Shown here piece after piece: positions 27,764-34,769 of a stretch of DNA of 36,479 nt. A model generated the notes under the pieces. That model searched no databases, had not been told where the DNA came from, and saw only the letters and a program-made list of their open reading frames with translations. A program made the position numbers and the translations under genes. Numbering within the stretch: the first letter of the stretch is position 1; every line of letters begins with the position of its first letter. Source of the DNA: a virus; IMG/VR virus record IMGVR_UViG_3300045988_166466; one strand, written 5' to 3'.

Positions 27764-28070
27764 GATTGTCACCGGGACGGTGACCAAGAGCATAAAGCAG
27801 CCGAGCGGCACCGACTGGGCGTACATTACGTCCTGCCTGTCCTACGACGAGGTCGAGGACATACTCGGGCGCCCCTTTGACGTCACGAGGGACCAGTTCT
27901 ACGCGACGAACGTCAGATGGGAAGCGTGTCAGGTGATCGTGGTGCCGTTCGTCCAGAAGATGCCTCGGGGAGGAGTGCTCAACGCCGCCGCCCTCACGCC
28001 GACAGGGCAGGGCGGCGGCGGGCAGACCAAGAGCCTCACAATCGGTTGGACCATCATCAAGGGCTATTAG
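27750..28070 (+). CDS. Silent alternative C-terminal cassette C3
   Basis: Includes ORF 27780..28070. Confidence 0.7.
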   Translation, partial: HSVSRIVTGTVTKSIKQPSGTDWAYITSCLSYDEVEDILGRPFDVTRDQFYATNVRWEACQVIVVPFVQKMPRGGVLNAAALTPTGQGGGGQTKSLTIGWTIIKGY

Positions 28071-28084
28071 CTTTCCGTATCCCA
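28068..28084 (+). repeat. Site R4: TAG-CTTTCCGTATCCCA
   Basis: Read directly. Confidence 0.9.
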
Positions 28085-28466
28085 AGTTCAGGCAGACCTG
28101 CCCTCTGGGGCCAAGCGTATCACCGTGAGCGGGGTCACGGCGTCGTATAACGGCGGCACCGTCCAGTGTGACGCATGGAGGCTCAGCGGCCTCGGCATCG
28201 CCATCGTGCAGGTGCCCGTTAGCAAAGCTGGGAGGTCCCTCAGATTTTCCAGCCAGTCGGGCGGCATATGGCTTTCTGAGACCGTGACCGTCAATCTGCC
28301 GAGCGGGCTCGTCGCGAGCAACGAGGGCGTATGCTTCGGCGGCGTGCGGAACGGTCACGCATGGCTTGTCGCCTTCACCTTCAACGGCAGCTCCATCAGC
28401 TTTGCCGTCGCAACGACGGCTAAGGACCAGCAGCCGTATCAGCTGACGGTCGCCTTCAGCTGCTGA
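28071..28466 (+). CDS. Silent alternative C-terminal cassette C4
   Basis: Includes ORF 28125..28466. Confidence 0.7.
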   Translation, partial: LSVSQVQADLPSGAKRITVSGVTASYNGGTVQCDAWRLSGLGIAIVQVPVSKAGRSLRFSSQSGGIWLSETVTVNLPSGLVASNEGVCFGGVRNGHAWLVAFTFNGSSISFAVATTAKDQQPYQLTVAFSC

Positions 28467-28483
28467 CGGCTTTCCGTATCCCA
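28464..28483 (+). repeat. Site R5: TGA-CGG-CTTTCCGTATCCCA
   Basis: Read directly. Confidence 0.9.
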
Positions 28484-28814
28484 TGTTCTTTGGGAGGGCA
28501 GCGCATCCTCGCTCGATGTGGAGCTTCCGGGCCTGTCGCGGGCCAAGGTCCTGCTCTTCGATTTCTCCGTCAAGGGCAAGCACGTCGGCACGGGGGTCTG
28601 CGCCCCGCGCCAGGGGCAGAACGCCGCCATGGCGTGGGGAATCACCGAGAGCGAGAGGCTGACCATGGTGCGCTTCCGGCCCACGATCGACGGGGACCGC
28701 CTGAGCTTCTCCTACGGGTACTGCTCCTACTCGGAGTTCGCATACAAGCTGGGTGAGCCGCTGGTGTTCGTTGACGGCGTGGGTGCAAGCCTGACGAGGA
28801 TCGTCGCTCTGTAG
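28467..28814 (+). CDS. Silent alternative C-terminal cassette C5
   Basis: Includes ORF 28518..28814. Confidence 0.7.
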   Translation, partial: RLSVSHVLWEGSASSLDVELPGLSRAKVLLFDFSVKGKHVGTGVCAPRQGQNAAMAWGITESERLTMVRFRPTIDGDRLSFSYGYCSYSEFAYKLGEPLVFVDGVGASLTRIVAL

Positions 28815-28828
28815 CTTTCCGTATCCCA
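28812..28828 (+). repeat. Site R6: TAG-CTTTCCGTATCCCA
   Basis: Read directly. Confidence 0.9.
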
Positions 28829-29141
28829 AGCGATAGACGATTGGATCGCATGCATAAGGGTCGGCAAAATCGGAATCATCATCGCCGATAATATCGCGTC
28901 GGACAAGGCGAGCGGCTATACGACCTACACCATGCCGGACGGGATGGTGCCGGATGACTCTCTGCTGTCGGATTCGAGCAATACCGGGTTCTCCGCGCCG
29001 CTCTCCTATCGGGGGAAACCGTCTGAGGGTCAATCGGGCTTCATGTCCCTCACGAAGAAGAGCGGAGCATGGTATCTGGATGTCTGGACGTCCACGACGG
29101 CCAAATACTATCTTGGCGAGCTTGTGTTCCCGATCCGCTAG
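28815..29141 (+). CDS. Silent alternative C-terminal cassette C6
   Basis: Includes ORF 28932..29141. Its stop TAG lies inside the palindrome GCTAGC, shared with the stop of the inverted cassette C7. Confidence 0.7.
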   Translation, partial: LSVSQAIDDWIACIRVGKIGIIIADNIASDKASGYTTYTMPDGMVPDDSLLSDSSNTGFSAPLSYRGKPSEGQSGFMSLTKKSGAWYLDVWTSTTAKYYLGELVFPIR

Positions 29142-29509
29142 CCTACCGGGTAGCTCAGGGAGCCTGAGAAGACGCCCCATGTAGACGAGTCTCCCGGCGC
29201 GTAGAGCGAACCGATCTTGACGGCGCCCGCCGCATCGACCTCCATATAGAGCCACGAGCCGTCGTTCTTGGTGCCGAGCGGCTGCCTGTACGCCCTCGAC
29301 GGCCTGTGGCCCGCCTTGATGTGGCCCGCGACGGAGGGCGTCGCGAAGATGGTGGCAGTGCCGGACTGATTCCACCGCTCGACGGTCACGGTGACGATGC
29401 CCGCAATCTCATAGGCCGTCACGTCGATGTCATCCCACGTCTGGTCCTGCCTCACGCTCGTCATCTGTCCCAGGGCGGCGATGTCATCGGTGTTCTGGGA
29501 TACGGAAAG
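29138..29509 (-). CDS. Silent alternative C-terminal cassette C7 in inverted orientation
   Basis: On the minus strand, the site at 29512..29496 is followed in frame by LSVSQNTDD...SLSYPVG*. Includes ORF 29138..29464. Confidence 0.7.
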   Translation of the reverse strand, partial: LSVSQNTDDIAALGQMTSVRQDQTWDDIDVTAYEIAGIVTVTVERWNQSGTATIFATPSVAGHIKAGHRPSRAYRQPLGTKNDGSWLYMEVDAAGAVKIGSLYAPGDSSTWGVFSGSLSYPVG

Positions 29510-29512
29510 CTA
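29496..29512 (-). repeat. Site R7, inverted copy: TAGCTTTCCGTATCCCA on the minus strand. Its TAG is the stop codon of the tyrosine recombinase gene
   Basis: Exact reverse complement of the R1/R4/R6 sequence. Confidence 0.9.
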
Positions 29513-30385
29513 TGCAGCCGCAAGCATCGCCTCCTCATAGGCATCGGCGGCTCGACCCACGACCGTCCGGAAGCTCATCAAATAGTGCTGCACGCAGGTG
29601 TCCACGCCGGTGTGCCCGAGTGCAACCGCGACGTCCTCTATCGCCGCTCCCGCCTCAAGGGCTATCGTGGCCCATGAGTGCCTGAGGCAGGTCATGGGCA
29701 CCCACGGGAGGGCGAAGCGGCGGCAGAACCGCTGGAAGCGCCCCGCTATCTGATGGGGGGCGAGCGCGCCGCGCAGCCTCCCCGAGCGGAGGGCGCCGCG
29801 CAGCTGCCGGAGCCTTGAGAGCGCCCACCTCGGCACGCGCAGCCATCTGTCCGATAGCTTCGTCTTGGTGTCGTATTCCACCAGCTCCCCGCCTACCCAG
29901 TGCGCGCCCCGGCGCACGTGCACCCAGCCCCGGCGCCAGTCGAAGTCCGACCAGTCAAGCCCGCATGCCTCCGAGCGCCTGAGCCCTAGCGCGGCCTCGC
30001 ACAGAACGACGGCCTCCCACTCCTGCCCGCGTATGCCCCTGAGCGTCTCGCGCTCCTGCTCGGCGGTGAGCACCGGTCGGCGCCTCCTCGGCGTCTCGGG
30101 CAGCTCGATTCCCTGCGTGATGTCCCATATGCGCAGATGGGCCTTGCGGATGACCCACCTGTAGATCTGCCTGAAGGTCTTGAAGGCCTTCTCGGCGGCA
30201 CCGGCCATCTCGAACCCGTCCACCCACGCCTGAAGCTCGTCGTGCGTTATCCCTTCGACCTCGCGGCCCTCCCACGCGGGCATGAGATGTCTGTTTATAG
30301 CCGAGGCGTAGCCCTCCAACGTGTTGCCCCTGAGCCTCTTCGATTTGTCTTCCCAGTACTTCTCAACGGCGGTCTCGAACAGCAT
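29510..30385 (-). CDS. Tyrosine site-specific recombinase, proposed shufflon recombinase (Rci-like role)
   Basis: Motifs GLRRSEACGL (box I Arg), LRHSWAT (HxxR), LGH, and VQHY (catalytic Tyr). RBS GAAGGGA. TTG 30400 is an alternative start. Confidence 0.85.
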   Translation of the reverse strand: MLFETAVEKYWEDKSKRLRGNTLEGYASAINRHLMPAWEGREVEGITHDELQAWVDGFEMAGAAEKAFKTFRQIYRWVIRKAHLRIWDITQGIELPETPRRRRPVLTAEQERETLRGIRGQEWEAVVLCEAALGLRRSEACGLDWSDFDWRRGWVHVRRGAHWVGGELVEYDTKTKLSDRWLRVPRWALSRLRQLRGALRSGRLRGALAPHQIAGRFQRFCRRFALPWVPMTCLRHSWATIALEAGAAIEDVAVALGHTGVDTCVQHYLMSFRTVVGRAADAYEEAMLAAA

Positions 30386-30404
30386 CTCTCGTCCCTTCAA
30401 ACCG

Positions 30405-30458
30405 AAAAATCCCAGACGCGCGTTCTCGCGACGTCCTCTCTCATCGTCTGGGATTTTT
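30405..30458. promoter_or_regulatory. Perfect 14-bp inverted repeat AAAAATCCCAGACG/CGTCTGGGATTTTT with a 25-nt loop, between the divergent recombinase and lysis-cassette genes
   Basis: Read directly. Coordinates are ±1. Confidence 0.6.
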
Positions 30459-30516
30459 GCAATCTCACGCCGCGATTACCATCTCGCCGAACATCGCCGG
30501 AGGCATTGGAGGCCGA

Positions 30517-31041
30517 ATGGGAGACGAGCTTGCAGGGGGTTTCGAGGCGGCCGCCGTTGCCGAGCCGATAGCGGCGCTCCTCGCCTTCGTCGTGGTCGTC
30601 GTGTGCTTCGTGGTCGTCAAGTGGGGCATGCCGCAGCGCCGAGCCCTCAAGGAGAAGAAGCTCGAGAACGAGCGCGCCATCGAGGAGAAGAAGCTCGAGA
30701 TCGAGCGCTACCGAATCGAGGTTCAGGAGGCCGCCGACAAGGCCCTCGACTCACGCGAGCGCGAGCGCATCAAGACAACACAGCAGCAGGTGGCAGCGCA
30801 GAACGAGCAGACGCGCGTCATCGAGACGCTGTCGAACGGCCAGCAGGCGCAGACGCGAATCCTCGAGGTCCTATCGACGCAGGTGGGCGACTCCAAGGAT
30901 CGAAGCCACGAGATGGGAGGGCGCTTGGAGCGCACGGAGGTCGCGGCAGAGCGAATCGACACGACAACCAGCCACATGGCCAAGCAGCTCGATGAGGTTC
31001 ATGCAATCGTCGTGCGCCGGAAGGCGGCGTGCGATGACTAG
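30517..31041 (+). CDS. Membrane protein with one TM helix and a long coiled coil (first gene of the lysis cassette)
   Basis: ATG after GGAGG. TM helix IAALLAFVVVVVCFVVV. The track ORF starts at TTG 30457. Confidence 0.5.
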   Translation: MGDELAGGFEAAAVAEPIAALLAFVVVVVCFVVVKWGMPQRRALKEKKLENERAIEEKKLEIERYRIEVQEAADKALDSRERERIKTTQQQVAAQNEQTRVIETLSNGQQAQTRILEVLSTQVGDSKDRSHEMGGRLERTEVAAERIDTTTSHMAKQLDEVHAIVVRRKAACDD

Positions 31042-31058
31042 GAGAAAGGGGCTCCATT

Positions 31059-31292
31059 ATGACCAAGGAAAGCATCAAGAAGTGGTGCATCGCCGCAGGC
31101 GTCCGAGCGGTGAAGACCTCCGCGCAGACGGCCCTCGCAGCCATGGGTACGACCGTGGTCGCCATCACCGCTCTGGACTGGCCGCAGATCGCCGCACTTG
31201 CGGCAACGGCTGCGGTCGCCTCCGTGCTGACGAGCATCGTCGGCGTGCCGGAGGTCGAGGAGGGCACAAGCCCGCTCTCAAAGCAGCGGTAG
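31059..31292 (+). CDS. Holin (Gram-positive phage type)
   Basis: 77 aa with two hydrophobic segments and a charged C-terminus, directly upstream of the lysin genes. Confidence 0.6.
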   Translation: MTKESIKKWCIAAGVRAVKTSAQTALAAMGTTVVAITALDWPQIAALAATAAVASVLTSIVGVPEVEEGTSPLSKQR

Positions 31293-31303
31293 CGCTGCTC
31301 CTC

Positions 31304-31912
31304 GTGACCATCTTCCTCCTCGGCGCGCTCGCGGTCGCCACGCAGCCGCAGCCCGCCGTGGAGGAGCCGGAGGAGATGCCGGTCGTGTACGACACGCCCG
31401 CCCCGGACGTTCCGCCGCTCTACTACCAGGCGGACGAGCGGTGGGGCGGGCTGCCATACGCCGACGCGGACCTCGCCACATCAGGGTGCGGCCTCACGTG
31501 CGCGGCAATGGCTTGGGAGCACCTGTCCGGCGAGACGTGCACACCGGCGATGCTCCTCAACCTCGTCGGAAACTCATGCGTTCAGGACGGACAGAACTAC
31601 ATGCCGGGGTTCTGCGAGTGGATGGTGCAGCAGGACCGGTCGCTCGACTACACCGTCATGTACGAGGACCGGGAGCGCGCCATCGAGGAGTGCGCGCGGG
31701 GTCGCATGGTGTTCGGCTCCATGACCGGGAGGCTCACCGAGGATGGGGCGTCCTACGGGGGGCACATCGTGCTTCTCTGCGGCGTGGACGGGGACGAGAT
31801 CGTCATCCACGACCCGCGCAGCGTGACGGCAGTGATCATCGACAGAGCCCGGTTCCAAGAGGTGGACTGGGCCTACTTCATCTCTATAGGGAGGAGCGAG
31901 CAATGGCTCTAA
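31304..31912 (+). CDS. C39-like papain-fold peptidase domain protein with an N-terminal signal-anchor
   Basis: YYQADERWGGLPYADADLATSGCGLTCAAMAW, giving a Cys-His catalytic context. N-terminal TM segment TIFLLGALAVA. The start (GTG 31304) is uncertain. The 5' part of the track ORF overlaps the holin gene and is non-coding-like. Confidence 0.55.
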   Translation: MTIFLLGALAVATQPQPAVEEPEEMPVVYDTPAPDVPPLYYQADERWGGLPYADADLATSGCGLTCAAMAWEHLSGETCTPAMLLNLVGNSCVQDGQNYMPGFCEWMVQQDRSLDYTVMYEDRERAIEECARGRMVFGSMTGRLTEDGASYGGHIVLLCGVDGDEIVIHDPRSVTAVIIDRARFQEVDWAYFISIGRSEQWL

Positions 31913-32997
31913 ACGGAATCGACATCAGCAACTGGCAGAGCGGCATCGACCTCGACGTCGTACCCTACGACTTCGTCATCGCCAAGGCCACGCAGGGCAA
32001 GACCTACGTCTCGCCCGACTGCGCGCGTCAGGTCGAGCAGGCGCGCGCCCTGGGAAAGCTCTTCGGCGTCTACCACTACATCGACGGCTCGGGCGCCATC
32101 GGCGAGGCCGACTTCTTCATCGACAACATCAAGAACTGGGTCGGCGAGGGCATCCTCTGCCTCGACTGGGAGAGCAACCAGAACGCGGCATGGGGTAACG
32201 AGGACTACCTGCGTCAGGTCGCGCAGCGCGTCATCGACCGCACCGGCATACCTCCCGTCATCTACGTGCAGCAGAGCCGCATGGCTCAGGTGAAGAAGGT
32301 GGCGGACGCCCTCAACTGCGGCCTCTGGATCGCCCAGTACGCCGACATGAAGGCGACCGGCTATCAGGACGCGCCTTGGAACGAGGGTGCCTACTCCTGC
32401 GCCATCCGCCAGTACAGCTCGTGCGGGCGCCTGTCCGGCTACAGCGGCAACCTCGACCTCAACAAGTTCTATGGTGACCGCGAGGCGTGGGGTAAGTACG
32501 CCGACCCTAAAGGAGATGCTTCTTCCGGCAACGGGGGCGGCGCTTCAGACGGCGGCAGCTCCGGTTCTTCTTCCGCTTCTGGCTTTGGGGGCGTGACGCC
32601 CTCCGGCTCCACGCTCGACATCGTGTACCACATCGTCACGAACAACATCAACGGCGATGCGCGTAAGGACTACTGCGGAAGCCGTTACGACGAGGTCCAG
32701 GGCTTCATCAACGACACCCACGACGCATCCGCGTCCACGCTCGCCGAGTGGATCAAGGCCGGGAAGTACGGAAACAACCCGGTGCGGCAGACCGTCATCG
32801 AGGCGTGCGGCGGCAAGTATCAGGAGGCTCAGGGCATCATCAACGGCAAGGGCGGTTCCAAGACATACACCGTCAGGAGCGGCGACACGCTCTCGGGCAT
32901 CGGCGCCAAGCTCGGCGTCAGCTGGAAAGACATAGCGAGCAAGAACGGCATCCCGGCACCGTACACCATCTATCCCGGCCAGAAGCTCAAGTACTAG
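31903..32997 (+). CDS. Endolysin: GH25 muramidase with a C-terminal LysM domain
   Basis: GH25 N-terminus GIDISNWQSGIDLD. C-terminal LysM YTVRSGDTLSGIGAKLGVSWKDIASKNGIPAPYTIYPGQKLKY. RBS GGGAGGAG. Confidence 0.9.
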   Translation: MALNGIDISNWQSGIDLDVVPYDFVIAKATQGKTYVSPDCARQVEQARALGKLFGVYHYIDGSGAIGEADFFIDNIKNWVGEGILCLDWESNQNAAWGNEDYLRQVAQRVIDRTGIPPVIYVQQSRMAQVKKVADALNCGLWIAQYADMKATGYQDAPWNEGAYSCAIRQYSSCGRLSGYSGNLDLNKFYGDREAWGKYADPKGDASSGNGGGASDGGSSGSSSASGFGGVTPSGSTLDIVYHIVTNNINGDARKDYCGSRYDEVQGFINDTHDASASTLAEWIKAGKYGNNPVRQTVIEACGGKYQEAQGIINGKGGSKTYTVRSGDTLSGIGAKLGVSWKDIASKNGIPAPYTIYPGQKLKY

Positions 32998-33006
32998 GAG
33001 GAAGCC

Positions 33007-33210
33007 ATGCAGACGATCAACGCCAAGTACACCCCGACCAAGCAGAAGGGCGCTCAGGAGGTGAGCCTCTACATCGAGGGGCTCCCCGAGAGCGAGGTCA
33101 CGCAGGCCGACTACGTGGCCGACCCCGCCGGTGACACGCCGACCAAGGCCGAGTTCATCTCCCTGCGCGACGCCATGGTCACCGCTGGCGTCATGAAGCC
33201 CGCGAGCTAG
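33007..33210 (+). CDS. Hypothetical small protein
   Basis: RBS AGGAGGA. Confidence 0.4.
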   Translation: MQTINAKYTPTKQKGAQEVSLYIEGLPESEVTQADYVADPAGDTPTKAEFISLRDAMVTAGVMKPAS

Positions 33211-34694
33211 GCCGCGCGGCTGAAGCGCAGGTAGACGGCCCCGTTCAGGACGGCCATCATCGTTCGAGTATTTTTGCAAACGGGGCACCATTCGAATGAA
33301 GTACGAACCCGCGAGAGCCTCAACCTCGCGGGTTCGTTCTTTTCCGCGTCGAAGTTCATGGTCACGACGACCTCCTCATCGGAGACCATCACCTGATACA
33401 CGAAGCCCTGCAGGAGCAGATCGTCGGTGAGCGTGGCGCCGAACTGCAGGAACCGGGTGAAGTTCTCCACGCTGAACACCTTGCGGTCGTACATGGCGAG
33501 CTCGTGCTCGGCCCGCTCCTTCTGGGCCTCGAGCTCCTCCGCCCTCTCCTTGGTGCCCGGTACCACGATGCCCTGCTCCACGGCCTTCAGGATGTTGGAC
33601 AGGCCGGTCTCGGCCGCTCTCAGCGCCGCTGCGGCCTGCTTCCGGTGCTCGGCCACCTCCTTGGGCTCCCCGGCGCCGACGCACATCTCGGCTATCCTAC
33701 GAGCCTCATCGGGCTGGGAGAGCAGCTCGCGCAGGGCGTCAATGATGGAACCCTCAAGCCAGTCGCGGCGGACGGGCCTGACCTCCTTGCAGCTGCCGCA
33801 GGAGTAGTACTCGTACTTCCGATTGGAGGAGCCGCGCCCGGACACCCCGCGCATGTTGCGGCCGCACGCCGAGCAGATCACGCGACCGGAAAGGGCGAAC
33901 TCGCCCCACTCCTCGTTGCGGCGCTGCTTCTTGCTCTTGACCATCTGAGCCCTCCTGAACGTCTCGTCGCTCACTATCCTCGGCATGCCGTCCTTCTTGG
34001 TGACGCCGCCCCACGAGTAGATGCCCCGGTACTTCTCGTTGTGCAGCATGTGGTTCACGAACGTGTCCTTTATCGGGTTGCCAGCCCTCGACACCACGCC
34101 CCTCCGGCGAAGGTCCATCGCTATCGAGTTGACGGTCTCCCCGTGGACGCGGCGGCGGAACACCTCGCGGACTATCTCCGCCTCGTCGGGGTCTATCTCG
34201 TAGCGCCCGTCATCGCCGGTCCTGTAGCCGAAGCACCGCACGCCGTTCGTCCTGCACTTCATGGCGTTGGTGGTCATGTCCCGCTTGACGCGCACGGAGG
34301 TCTTGCGGGACTCGCACGCCGCTAGGCCCTCGAGAAGCTTCTCGTAGATGATGCCCTCGGGCGAGTCTGGTATGGCCTCGAGGGCGGAGACCAGCCTCAC
34401 GCCCCTCTTCTGAAGCTCGCGCTTGTATATGGGCGCGTCGAAGGGGTCTCGGCTGAACCTGTCCATCATGTAGACGAGCACGATGTCCGATTCACCGGCG
34501 TTGGCTATCATCTGCTGGAACTGCGGGCGCTCGTCGGTCGTACCCGAGATTGCATAGTCGCAGTACTCCGCGACGATGGCGTAGCCCTCGCGGGCGCACC
34601 AGTCGCGGCACACCCTGAGCTGGCCCTCGATAGACTCCTCGCGCTGCTTGGAGCACGAGAACCGCGCGTAGAGAACGGCGGTCTTCTGTGACAT
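33207..34694 (-). CDS. Large serine recombinase (phage integrase)
   Basis: Catalytic-Ser context AVLYARFSCSKQREE, plus a recombinase domain and a Zn-ribbon/coiled-coil C-terminus. 495 aa. Confidence 0.9.
   Translation of the reverse strand: MSQKTAVLYARFSCSKQREESIEGQLRVCRDWCAREGYAIVAEYCDYAISGTTDERPQFQQMIANAGESDIVLVYMMDRFSRDPFDAPIYKRELQKRGVRLVSALEAIPDSPEGIIYEKLLEGLAACESRKTSVRVKRDMTTNAMKCRTNGVRCFGYRTGDDGRYEIDPDEAEIVREVFRRRVHGETVNSIAMDLRRRGVVSRAGNPIKDTFVNHMLHNEKYRGIYSWGGVTKKDGMPRIVSDETFRRAQMVKSKKQRRNEEWGEFALSGRVICSACGRNMRGVSGRGSSNRKYEYYSCGSCKEVRPVRRDWLEGSIIDALRELLSQPDEARRIAEMCVGAGEPKEVAEHRKQAAAALRAAETGLSNILKAVEQGIVVPGTKERAEELEAQKERAEHELAMYDRKVFSVENFTRFLQFGATLTDDLLLQGFVYQVMVSDEEVVVTMNFDAEKNEPARLRLSRVRTSFEWCPVCKNTRTMMAVLNGAVYLRFSRAA
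33304..33344 (+). terminator. Rho-independent terminator at the end of the lysis operon, lying inside the 3' coding region of the convergent integrase gene
   Basis: GAACCCGCGAG-(9-nt loop)-CTCGCGGGTTC followed by GTTCTTTT. Confidence 0.6.
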
Positions 34695-34704
34695 AATGTG
34701 CTTG

Positions 34705-34720
34705 CCTCCTTTCTAGGAGG
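34705..34720. promoter_or_regulatory. Palindrome CCTCCT-TTCT-AGGAGG containing the Shine-Dalgarno sequence of the integrase gene
   Basis: Read directly. AGGAGG lies 7 nt before the ATG at 34694 on the minus strand. Confidence 0.5.
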
Positions 34721-34729
34721 GGTTTGCTG

Positions 34730-34769
34730 CCCCGGTGATGTGTCTTGGCGGACGCACCGGGGTTCTTTT
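34730..34769 (+). terminator. GC-rich hairpin CCCCGGTG/CACCGGGG followed by TTCTTTT, between the lipoprotein and integrase genes
   Basis: Read directly. The T-tract is on the plus strand only. Confidence 0.4.

Noticed and set aside
27699-29375. 558-aa minus-strand ORF spanning the cassette region
   Set aside because: Its composition is that of an antisense artefact, and it contains the repeat read backwards (GYGK motifs). The plus-strand cassettes each have defined in-frame starts at the repeat and stops before the next repeat.
26866-29512. 17-bp direct repeats with about 300-400 bp between them considered as a CRISPR array
   Set aside because: The spacers are far too long and are protein-coding in the frame set by the repeat. 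One copy is inverted and one lies inside a gene. No cas genes are present.
26358-30400. Diversity-generating retroelement as an explanation for the variable receptor-binding protein C-termini
   Set aside because: No reverse transcriptase, template repeat or adenine-specific mutational pattern is present. The variation is in discrete cassettes bounded by exact repeats, next to a tyrosine recombinase.
30415-30545. Apparent 1-nt discrepancies between my reading of the printed sequence and the ORF-track frames, near 30420 and near 30540
   Set aside because: This is probably my transcription error. It does not affect any call beyond ±1 nt in this interval, and I deferred to the track coordinates.
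30992-31303. Long 5' extension of the peptidase ORF (track 30992..31912)
   Set aside because: The extension overlaps the holin gene out of frame and is Arg-rich non-coding-like. The hydrophobic signal-anchor begins near GTG 31304.
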